Below, one piece after another: positions 6,509 through 14,632 of a stretch of DNA of 53,224 nt. The position numbers and the translations under genes were made by a program. Each line of letters starts with the position of its first letter. The stretch's first letter is position 1. The stretch comes from a virus. The notes under the pieces were generated by a model, which was not told the origin of the DNA, ran no database searches, and worked only from the letters and a program-made list of their open reading frames with translations. Location of the stretch: IMG/VR virus record IMGVR_UViG_3300036791_000129, positions 1-53,224 of that record, one strand, 5' to 3'.

Positions 6509-6862
6509 ATGGAAACAGTCGAAATGGTGGTGTACTTCATTGACTCTGTGAATCAAGTAATCGAACGACGAGTCATTGATGTGCCAAGTGATATGCGCAA
6601 GTTGATTGGTGGTTATATTGAGTTAGCATATAGCTATCCAAATGGTGATGTGTTGTATGTTGACGAGGAAGGTTTGTTGAAAAATAACCCAACCGGATTC
6701 CTATTTGCATATCGCCAGGATCAACCACTAGTCGGCAATGGCGTGGTATGTGGTAAGGAACTTGAAGGAAATTTTCCTGAAGGTTTCATCACATTAGAAC
6801 CAGAAACAAAACTTGAAAAGTTGCGAAAAGAAGTGAAATTCTTTCGGGTATTAGGTCAATGA
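6509..6862 (+). CDS. Hypothetical early protein (117 aa), DUF3846-like pattern
   Basis: The pattern LIGGYIELAY...LYVDEEGLLKNNP...GNGVVCG recalls the DUF3846 family common in phage and plasmid early regions. This is from memory only. Confidence 0.5.
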   Translation: METVEMVVYFIDSVNQVIERRVIDVPSDMRKLIGGYIELAYSYPNGDVLYVDEEGLLKNNPTGFLFAYRQDQPLVGNGVVCGKELEGNFPEGFITLEPETKLEKLRKEVKFFRVLGQ

Positions 6863-7047
6863 TAGAAACTCAAATCATTGATTTCAAATTGCTACGTATG
6901 GAATGCTGCGGTCATTTACTTTGTTGGATAAATCCGCGCTTTCCTACTTACTGTCCTGAATGTGGCAAAGGTTGCTATCCAGCTTGTAAAGGCTGGATAA
7001 CACTGCATCCAACTTATGCAAGACTAACTTATGAAATAATAAGATAA
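6859..7047 (+). CDS. Small zinc-ribbon protein (62 aa)
   Basis: CCGH...CPECGKGC cluster. ATGA overlap with the previous gene. Confidence 0.5.
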   Translation: MIETQIIDFKLLRMECCGHLLCWINPRFPTYCPECGKGCYPACKGWITLHPTYARLTYEIIR

Positions 7048-7051
7048 AACG

Positions 7052-7079
7052 GAAGCTACTGGCGCGGGCCAGTAGCTTC
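7052..7079 (+). terminator. Hairpin gaagctactggc-gcgg-gccagtagcttc
   Basis: 12-bp perfect stem 5 nt after the stop at 7047. No T-run; its 3' arm is shared with the 42-bp palindrome. Confidence 0.45.
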
Positions 7080-7114
7080 TATAACGTAACCAATTGGTTA
7101 CGTTATAGAAGCTA
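7073..7114. repeat. Perfect 42-bp palindrome tagcttctataacgtaaccaattggttacgttatagaagcta
   Basis: Checked base by base. The centre is CCAATTGG and it contains ACGTAAC/GTTACGT half-sites. It overlaps the expected -35 position of the promoter for the 7149 gene. Confidence 0.9.
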
Positions 7115-7148
7115 ATGCTTCATCCCCTAGTAAATGAAAGGAAAGCAA

Positions 7149-8276
7149 ATGAAACTAACGGAAAAACGCAAGCCTAGTTTGGCTGATATATTTGTCAATC
7201 AACGATTCGATAATCTCTCGCGAGCGCGAGTGCCATTGAAAACGATTGCAGATATACAAGTCAAAGTTAGGCGCGCAAAAAAGTATCTGTTTGATGATGC
7301 CGCAAGTATTCGCGTTGCTGAAGTTGTGCGCGATATTCCCGAATTACTAATCAGGGAAAGTAAATTCGCGCGCGCACCCTACGAACTAACTTGGATTGAA
7401 TTTAATTCAAGTTTGTTCTGGCAAACCTTGCATGATGATGTAGGACATGAAGATCATGCTAGAAATATTGGCATCTTGATTGATGGCGATATGGTGATCA
7501 CTATAACAGGTGGTTATCCATCTGATCCATTGACCACCATGCTTACACCTTTCGCCTACGGTTTGAATACTGACCCTGATCAATGGCGTATGCTTGGTGC
7601 GCCAGAATCAAACTTGAAAACAAGTTTGACAGTGAAACAAATACCCATTGACCAGTTTATGCAAACCGTAAATCGTTTCTATTGGGGATCAACTGCTGCA
7701 AGCATACCTGATGAAATCTTAAACCCCATCAGTAAAAACTTCAGTAGTTGGGCAATAATCGAACGAGTACTTCATTTGTCCGAAAAAAAGTTGTTATTCG
7801 TAATGAAGGAATGCCAAGGCGATTTGCGCAACATCATTGCGTTACTGTTGATGTTGAATCGTCCTAGCATAACCCGCTATGTGCAAGACTTGCCAAACCG
7901 TCGCGGTTTCTTGCGCAACAAGTTGATCGCCTATCAAGCGCATACATCAGTCACAGTATCGCTTGATCCTAAGCCAATCTTGAAATTGATTGGCACACCG
8001 CAAGGTGAGTCAGTTGAACGTCGCTGGCATGAAGTGGAGGGTCACTATTGCCACGATAGAACATCACGCGATTACGCAAGAATCGCAGGTTGCTTGCATG
8101 ATTGGCAAGATACAGATGATGAATGGACGCTACTGCGCCAGGGTCACGCACATTCAAAAGTTGAACACTGGATTTGCAAGGCATGTGGTGGCAAGCGTTG
8201 GTGGCGTGATTCACATTCACGCGGCAATCCGCTTATTGGCATGGTGAAAAGAGATCAATACAATGTCGTGCCATAG
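7149..8276 (+). CDS. Hypothetical protein (about 375 aa) with a C-terminal Cys/His cluster
   Basis: The track starts at 7134; aAAGGAAAgcaaATG favours 7149. C-terminus: HYCHD...CLHDW...HWICKACGGKRWW. Confidence 0.65.
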   Translation: MKLTEKRKPSLADIFVNQRFDNLSRARVPLKTIADIQVKVRRAKKYLFDDAASIRVAEVVRDIPELLIRESKFARAPYELTWIEFNSSLFWQTLHDDVGHEDHARNIGILIDGDMVITITGGYPSDPLTTMLTPFAYGLNTDPDQWRMLGAPESNLKTSLTVKQIPIDQFMQTVNRFYWGSTAASIPDEILNPISKNFSSWAIIERVLHLSEKKLLFVMKECQGDLRNIIALLLMLNRPSITRYVQDLPNRRGFLRNKLIAYQAHTSVTVSLDPKPILKLIGTPQGESVERRWHEVEGHYCHDRTSRDYARIAGCLHDWQDTDDEWTLLRQGHAHSKVEHWICKACGGKRWWRDSHSRGNPLIGMVKRDQYNVVP

Positions 8277-8311
8277 GAAATAACGGAATCAAGCAAACCA
8301 GATTTAAAGCC

Positions 8312-8346
8312 AATGCTCCTGGCCCGCGCCAGGAGCATTTCTTTTG
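8312..8346 (+). terminator. Rho-independent terminator aatgctcctggc-ccgc-gccaggagcatt followed by TCTTTTGTTTG
   Basis: 12-bp perfect stem plus a T-rich tail, at the convergent junction of the plus and minus transcription units. Confidence 0.75.
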
Positions 8347-8369
8347 TTTGTTGCTGTTAGATATTCTAT

Positions 8370-8597
8370 CTACTTATGAATCAAATTATGCACGGCATCA
8401 CAATCTTCTTTTACAGGAATGAATGTGCCATTGACCATGCCAATAACGCAATGTGTGCCACGCGCAAAATGCTTTAAGTCATTGCCTAATGGTTCGCGCA
8501 AACTAGTTACTTCATGCGGATTGACAAACACACGTTGGCCATTTGGCCCGTGCAATAATACAAGATCAATAAAGGTTGCAAAAATAAGTGCAATCAC
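8370..8597 (-). CDS. Hypothetical small protein (75 aa, GTG start)
   Basis: ORF overlapping the upstream small ORF by GTGA. The hydrophobic N-terminus and the NG..V.VNPHEV...NG.FIPVKEDCD pattern are weakly reminiscent of FlbD-type proteins. Not relied on. Confidence 0.45.
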   Translation of the reverse strand: MIALIFATFIDLVLLHGPNGQRVFVNPHEVTSLREPLGNDLKHFARGTHCVIGMVNGTFIPVKEDCDAVHNLIHK

Positions 8598-8761
8598 GTT
8601 GCTTTAGCATTAGCTTCTGCTAGAAATGCCGCCAAGTTTTCATCAATCGGTTGGCAACTTTTCACTAACTCTATCAAATCAACTTTAGGAACATCAATCA
8701 TCTTTTGTATAGCCAACAATGACTCTTTAGTTTCAGCATCAGATTGTTTAATATCAGTCAT
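8594..8761 (-). CDS. Hypothetical small acidic protein (55 aa), not in the ORF track
   Basis: My translation: MTDIKQSDAETKESLLAIQKMIDVPKVDLIELVKSCQPIDENLAAFLAEANAKAT. A GGAGA Shine-Dalgarno lies 6 nt upstream of ATG 8761. Confidence 0.4.
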   Translation of the reverse strand: MTDIKQSDAETKESLLAIQKMIDVPKVDLIELVKSCQPIDENLAAFLAEANAKAT

Positions 8762-8771
8762 ATTGTTTCTC

Positions 8772-9818
8772 CTAGATAAAGAGTCCGCCAGCAGTAGCAG
8801 TTGATGCTACGTTACCTGGGAATAACGTATCTGGATTTACACCAGATAGAACCATAACTGAATTTGAATCTACAGCAGCATGTTTACCAGTAGTGGTGCC
8901 AGTAAATGTAAATGAAAATACTTGCAATGTTGCTGCCGCTAATGCGATAGCAAATCCTTGCGCATAAGTTGGCGTTCCTGTTATCGTTACTGCAACAGAA
9001 GTAATATTTACCATACTATTTGCAGATGAAAAAGCGTGGATTGGTGCCGAACCATAGATGCTATAAGTAGTGCCAGTATTAGCAATAACACTATTATTGA
9101 CCGAAGCTATTTGGGCACCAGCACATGGTCCGAATGCACAGTTAGTAAAATTAATCAATCCACCATAAGCAGCACCTAAACCATAAGCTGTAGAGCCGCC
9201 ACCAGTAGTTTCTAACGAAACCCCAACTACATTTATTACTCCCCTGCCAGTAGCAGCAACCGCCGTTCCGTTAGAGTTTCTAATAATGTAATTGCGTGGA
9301 TTTGCCGGATCACCATTAATAATAACTGCGCCATTGATTGGTTGCGTGGCTGAAACCGGAGCGTATGTTCCTGTTGATTTCAATTGGATAGTTGCAGTAT
9401 AGCCAGCCAAATTGAAATTGGCCATCAGCCAATTATATGCTTTTTGAATTGTTGCCCATGGACTCGTTGACGAACCAGTGCCAGTAGAATCATTGCCACC
9501 AATATCAACATAAACAGTTGTATTAGCAGTTAGCAAAATTTGCCGCTTATGCTGCAATGCAGTTAGCAATTGATTTATGTTAGCAGGATCAGGAGTCAAC
9601 CCTGCATCTAATAGCACTTGTGCTATTTGATTGTATAACCAATTATCTTTGTTATCATTCCACTGCAATACGCTATTGAACAATTCAACAGTAGGTGGCG
9701 CTTGCCCAATGAAAGCAAAGCCACTGTTAGCTTGTGCGCCAGTTGGATCATTCAGTGTTCCGCTACTGGCCCAACTTTGATTGAAGCGGCCAAACCAAGC
9801 TGTGCCTGACATTATCAA
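8772..9818 (-). CDS. Distal tail-fibre or tailspike protein with a parallel beta-helix-like (depolymerase-like) C-terminal part
   Basis: TTVYVDIGGNDSTGTGSSTSPWATIQKAY matches the N-terminal signature of pectin-lyase-fold / DUF1565-type beta-helix proteins. It is followed by G/N/T/A-rich repeats. This is the last gene of the fibre operon. Confidence 0.55.
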   Translation of the reverse strand: MIMSGTAWFGRFNQSWASSGTLNDPTGAQANSGFAFIGQAPPTVELFNSVLQWNDNKDNWLYNQIAQVLLDAGLTPDPANINQLLTALQHKRQILLTANTTVYVDIGGNDSTGTGSSTSPWATIQKAYNWLMANFNLAGYTATIQLKSTGTYAPVSATQPINGAVIINGDPANPRNYIIRNSNGTAVAATGRGVINVVGVSLETTGGGSTAYGLGAAYGGLINFTNCAFGPCAGAQIASVNNSVIANTGTTYSIYGSAPIHAFSSANSMVNITSVAVTITGTPTYAQGFAIALAAATLQVFSFTFTGTTTGKHAAVDSNSVMVLSGVNPDTLFPGNVASTATAGGLFI

Positions 9819-12800
9819 TGACTCCTATCAGTTTCAAGTTGTTCTATTCTGGCAGACAATTCCTGAACTGCTTTCCATAGCACCGGCACAAGTTCACTAA
9901 CAGCGAGTCCCTTTGGCCCCTCGCCTTCATATACTCCGCCAAACTCAATATTGGATTTTTCCATCACATCCTTTATTTCCGCAGCATCAAATCCGCAATG
10001 AACTCGTTTCTGATCCGGTCCATCTTTCCAACGGAAAATAATCGGCTCAATATCTTGAATAGCTTTCAGACAAGATGGAAGTGGTTTGATATCTTGTTTC
10101 TGTGTTATATCAGAAGTTTGAATAACATTATTAATTGCCCATACAGAAGCCCAACGAATCACGCCATTACCTAACGGAATGCTGTTATCAGTAACAGCAG
10201 TCAATCCAGTGTTTATAGTTACAACACCAGTGTTGCGCACGATATTAAATGGAGCATCAATCGCCGTTCCACCAGCATCATGATAACGATAAATAGAAAA
10301 GTTAGCGCCAGTATCCGAGCCTGTTTCAGCATCAGTATTCATCAATGCAATTTGCCAACGATTAGCACCAGCGCGTTGGCCAACTATAGTAACAACCTGA
10401 CCAGCCGGAGCACTAAAAGCATGTTGCGATGATGTAGCTGCTGGCGCGGTATGGATCATCCCGCCAGGAGCAACTAACCAAGTTGACGCGCCATTAATAA
10501 AAACATTGAAGCTGCTGCTAGCACCGCCAATAACAGCATTGAGCGCATTAGAAGTAACACTAAATCCAAAATTGGTGGCGTAAAGCGCAATATGGCGTGA
10601 AAGATCAGTGGCACCACTTGGCGCTACAGCGCTACCAAAATTAACTCCACCATTAAATGTTGATGTAGTATTAACGATCAAATTTTGAGCACAAGTAGCA
10701 ACTGCATATATGCCTGCACCATCAGTCCAACATTCTATTGCGTAGTTCTGTGGCACTAGTAGAGTTCCACCACTAGTGCCAGCAATTGTTACTGTAAAGG
10801 CACCACTAGTAGAATTGAAAACTGACCAACGAGTAACAGTAGCAGTTGCTACTGGAAATGTAATAATAAGGTTAGCAGTAATAGCGCCATTAAGATAAAT
10901 CAGTTCAGTGCTGCATTGAGCAACCGTTAGTGTGATGTTAGTGCCACCTGCAATACTTACCATTGTGCGTGTAAGTAATCTATTTACAAAGTTTGTGGTT
11001 GCTATTTGTGTTGTATTAGTTCCTACTGCTGCCAATATTGAAAGTGGAACGCCAGTCAATGATGGTGATGCTAACGGCGCAGCACCTAACAAAGTCATTG
11101 TTTGCGCTGCTGTCATATCAATAGGTGCAGCCGCAGCACCAGTATTATTTCCCTTTATAGTATTCGCTGCCATTGTAGTTAGCATAGCATTACTAACGGC
11201 AGCATTAGTTATTGAGGCTACTACTGCGCCTGTTGTTGGACTTACAGTTAATCCTTGTCCTGCCGTAACACTAGATACACCAGCAGTTCCAGCCGTTACT
11301 GCCGCAGTAACGAAAGCAGTTGTTGCCAATTGTGTTGTATTGGTTCCTGGCGCTGCTGTTGGACCACTAACTATACCAGTTACGCCAAGTGTGCCAGGAA
11401 TTGTTACTCCTGTATTGCCGAACGTTAGTGAAACCACACCATTAGACACTGCATTCATTGTATTGGCGGCACTAACATTGAATCCATAAGTGGTGCTATA
11501 AAGCGCAATGTGATCTGAAATATCAATTGCAGTAGATGAAAATCCTGTGCCGCATGAAAAACCAGTTGTATTTGATAACGTTACTGTATTAGCATTAACC
11601 GTTAGTGTATTATTCGCGCCACTTTGTAGAATAATATTACTATTCGCAGCTCCATTACTAATCAACAATTGCTGATATGGAGTCCAAGTTTGATTGACAG
11701 TAAAGCCAGTTCCGGCTGATGGCGATACCGCAGTTAGCGTTACTGGATTAGTTGGTGCTGCTTGCACTGATGTAATGGAATTGTCTTGTGTAAATGTAGT
11801 TACTGCGCCTGCACTAATTGCCGTTACAGTATAGAAAAGACCAGAAGCATCATAAGCGCGATCGTTAACTGCCCAACCACTACCACCAGCAACTAACGTT
11901 GCAGGAGTAGTAGAAACATTGAATATCGCAGTAGATGGTAAAGTAATTTGTTGATCATTACCTGAACGATTAAATTGGAATCCAGATATACGATGTGTGC
12001 CAGGCGGCCAAGCTATAAAGTTGCCATTAACTGTAGTGGCACCAGTTCGCGTATTGACAGTAAAACAATAAAGACTGTTAGGAATAGTGCCAACATTAGT
12101 ATTGGTTCCGAAACCAATACCCTGATAAGACAACAATGCAAGGTTAGCAAGTGCGCTTGATGCACCATCTTGGCCCGGTCCATAAATCCAACCACCTGTT
12201 GCTCCTGGCCCGAACAACAAATGTTGTGGCGAGTTAATTGTTAACTGGCCAGTCATTGCGCCGCCAGTTAGAGAAAGTTTTGTTGCATCACTAGGATGCA
12301 CATGATCCTGGCGAGCGAATAATAATGATGTGCCTACAGTAGCAACACTATCAACAATTGGAGCAACAGTTGCAGCTTGTCCGCAATAATATGCAGTAGT
12401 TGCAACGTTAGTTGAATTATTATTTACTGCTGGCGTGGTTGCCGTAGTTGCTGCAAGTGAAGTGGTGCCCGTAGCAGTAATTGCGTTAGCACCATTAAAA
12501 GTCGCCGTATTAAGAAATGTTGAAGCGCCACTAACACTAATTCCACCAGTAAATGATGGCGATACTAACGGAGCATAACTAGAAAGTAAATTGGTAAATC
12601 CAGTGCCGCTAACTGCACCAGTTACAATTAAATTGCCAGGAATAGAAACACTAGTATTACTAACGGTTAGTGAAGCAACATTATTAGAAACAATGTTTAG
12701 TGTATTAGCTGCACTAACGTTAAATCCATAGCCGCTGCTTCCATAGAGCGAAATGCCACGAGTAAGATCGGTAGCGTTAGCTGCATAAACAGCACCAAAG

Positions 12801-14632
12801 TATAATTGACCAGTAGGAATTGAATTACTGCTACCATTGAAAATAGCAATTCCAGTAAATGTGCTTGTTCCTGTTACTGATAATGTTGGAGTAGTTACAG
12901 TTCCAGTAAATGTTGGCGATGCTAACGGAGCATAACCACCAAGCAATGCAGTAAATCCTGCGCCACTAACTGTACCTGCTACCGATAATGTGCCAGGAAT
13001 AGTTACGCCAGTATTACTCCAAGTTACTGCTACTGTGCCATTAACAACAGCACCCATTTGATTCGCAGCAGGAACGTTGAATCCATATGTAGAACCATAA
13101 AGCGCAATGCCTGCTGTTAGTGATGTGGTTGTTGAAGCAAATGTATTACCTAACGACAAATAACCATTAGGAACTGAAAGCACACTTCCATTAACTGTTG
13201 CTGTTCCAGTAAAAGTAGAATTGCCTGTGACGCCAAGAGTGGTGCTTATAGTTACAGCACCAGTTATAGCAGCACCACCAAGAGAAATAGTTAGCTGATT
13301 ACCAAGTGTGGTTGTACCAGTGACTCCTAACGTTCCGCCAATAGTTGCATTATTCGTTACTGCAAGTGCTGTGCCTGCCGAACTAAATGTGCTGGCAGCG
13401 GAAAATGTAAATCCGCCCGTTCCTCCCGCGCCCATCCCAAATGTAATTGGATTTGTTTGAGCAGCACCAGGAGTAATAATCAAGAAATTATTCTTGGCTG
13501 GAACACCTAACGCTAACGCGCCTAAACCGGTATTGCCACGCAATTCCATAAACAAATTATATGGACCACTAGGACCACTAGTAGCATATTGATAATTCCA
13601 AGTAACAGTTCCATCAACAATACCAGTGCCAACTCCTGTTGGTCCACCTGACGCTGCGCTAGTTCCTGCTACAGTGCAAATATATGAATTGCCGTTAGTA
13701 TTTTGGACAGTGGCATTAACCGCATACGCTGTATTTCCTACCCACATCGGGGCGGCGCCCCCAGCTAAAACAGATTGATACCAACGAAAACCACCATTAT
13801 TTTGATAGCTATTAACAAAATCAAATTCACCTTGTCCATTAGCTAAATTCCAATGCATAGAAACAAGTGGAGCATTAGCTATTGGATAACGATTGCCTGA
13901 ATTGCCACTAATGCCGATAGGAGGGGCATTATTGCTACCGAATACTGCCGCAGCAATATTACCAATAAAGTTAGATGTGCCATTAACAGTTAAATTGCCT
14001 GGAGCCGTAACGTTAGCACTACTTAAACTAAGCGCAGTGTTAGCATTAGAAATAATATTTAACGTCCCAGAAGTAACATTGAATCCATAAGTGGTGCCAA
14101 AAAGCGCAATGTGCCGTGTAATATCAACAGAATTTGCAATTTGTGCAACGCTACCAAAGCCAAGCCCACTCGACATTGTTGTAGTGCCAGTAACAGCAAG
14201 CGTGCCAGTAACAGCAAGCGTGCCAGGAATACTAGCGCCAGTATTAGTAACAGTTAGTGAAGCTACTCCACCAACTACCGCATTCATAATGTTCGCATTA
14301 GAAACGTTTAAACCATAAGTTGTTCCATAAATAGCGATATGCTGTGAAAGATCAGTTGGACTATTACTAGCAGAATATACAGAACCAAGTTGAAGGTTGC
14401 CAGGATTAATCGTTAGCGGTCCAGTTAGCGTTCCGCCAGTTAGTTTTAGAAATGCTCCTGGCCCAGCTATCGGTAAAACGCCAGTCGCTTGACCAGCATT
14501 ATTTCCTGTGCCGTAATAAAGTGTTTGATCTTGTTCATTGAATGCTAATTCAGCAGCAGCAATATTGCCGATAGTTGGTCCACCAACAGCGCCACCAGAT
14601 GCGCGTCGTTTGATTCTTAGAGTGTCTGTCAT
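9815..14632 (-). CDS. Large tail-fibre protein (1605 aa) with a C-terminal S74-type intramolecular chaperone domain
   Basis: Six copies of a D(L/I)(S/T)RHIALYGTTYGFNV... module and an ARQDHVHPSD motif. C-terminus: SDITQKQDIKPL...GFDAAEI...LVPVLWKAVQELSARIEQLE, typical of the auto-cleaving endosialidase-type chaperone. Confidence 0.8.
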   Translation of the reverse strand: MTDTLRIKRRASGGAVGGPTIGNIAAAELAFNEQDQTLYYGTGNNAGQATGVLPIAGPGAFLKLTGGTLTGPLTINPGNLQLGSVYSASNSPTDLSQHIAIYGTTYGLNVSNANIMNAVVGGVASLTVTNTGASIPGTLAVTGTLAVTGTTTMSSGLGFGSVAQIANSVDITRHIALFGTTYGFNVTSGTLNIISNANTALSLSSANVTAPGNLTVNGTSNFIGNIAAAVFGSNNAPPIGISGNSGNRYPIANAPLVSMHWNLANGQGEFDFVNSYQNNGGFRWYQSVLAGGAAPMWVGNTAYAVNATVQNTNGNSYICTVAGTSAASGGPTGVGTGIVDGTVTWNYQYATSGPSGPYNLFMELRGNTGLGALALGVPAKNNFLIITPGAAQTNPITFGMGAGGTGGFTFSAASTFSSAGTALAVTNNATIGGTLGVTGTTTLGNQLTISLGGAAITGAVTISTTLGVTGNSTFTGTATVNGSVLSVPNGYLSLGNTFASTTTSLTAGIALYGSTYGFNVPAANQMGAVVNGTVAVTWSNTGVTIPGTLSVAGTVSGAGFTALLGGYAPLASPTFTGTVTTPTLSVTGTSTFTGIAIFNGSSNSIPTGQLYFGAVYAANATDLTRGISLYGSSGYGFNVSAANTLNIVSNNVASLTVSNTSVSIPGNLIVTGAVSGTGFTNLLSSYAPLVSPSFTGGISVSGASTFLNTATFNGANAITATGTTSLAATTATTPAVNNNSTNVATTAYYCGQAATVAPIVDSVATVGTSLLFARQDHVHPSDATKLSLTGGAMTGQLTINSPQHLLFGPGATGGWIYGPGQDGASSALANLALLSYQGIGFGTNTNVGTIPNSLYCFTVNTRTGATTVNGNFIAWPPGTHRISGFQFNRSGNDQQITLPSTAIFNVSTTPATLVAGGSGWAVNDRAYDASGLFYTVTAISAGAVTTFTQDNSITSVQAAPTNPVTLTAVSPSAGTGFTVNQTWTPYQQLLISNGAANSNIILQSGANNTLTVNANTVTLSNTTGFSCGTGFSSTAIDISDHIALYSTTYGFNVSAANTMNAVSNGVVSLTFGNTGVTIPGTLGVTGIVSGPTAAPGTNTTQLATTAFVTAAVTAGTAGVSSVTAGQGLTVSPTTGAVVASITNAAVSNAMLTTMAANTIKGNNTGAAAAPIDMTAAQTMTLLGAAPLASPSLTGVPLSILAAVGTNTTQIATTNFVNRLLTRTMVSIAGGTNITLTVAQCSTELIYLNGAITANLIITFPVATATVTRWSVFNSTSGAFTVTIAGTSGGTLLVPQNYAIECWTDGAGIYAVATCAQNLIVNTTSTFNGGVNFGSAVAPSGATDLSRHIALYATNFGFSVTSNALNAVIGGASSSFNVFINGASTWLVAPGGMIHTAPAATSSQHAFSAPAGQVVTIVGQRAGANRWQIALMNTDAETGSDTGANFSIYRYHDAGGTAIDAPFNIVRNTGVVTINTGLTAVTDNSIPLGNGVIRWASVWAINNVIQTSDITQKQDIKPLPSCLKAIQDIEPIIFRWKDGPDQKRVHCGFDAAEIKDVMEKSNIEFGGVYEGEGPKGLAVSELVPVLWKAVQELSARIEQLETDRSH
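14184..14219 (-). repeat. Exact 18-bp tandem duplication gtgccagtaacagcaagc x2 within the fibre gene
   Basis: Read directly from the sequence. It encodes the LAVTGT LAVTGT duplication. Confidence 0.85.

Noticed and set aside
8370-8597. Similarity of the 75-aa protein to flagellar FlbD/SwrD-type proteins.
   Set aside because: It rests on a loose pattern recalled from memory (NG..V.VNP..V...NG.F..VKE). It is too weak to use for annotation without an HMM search.
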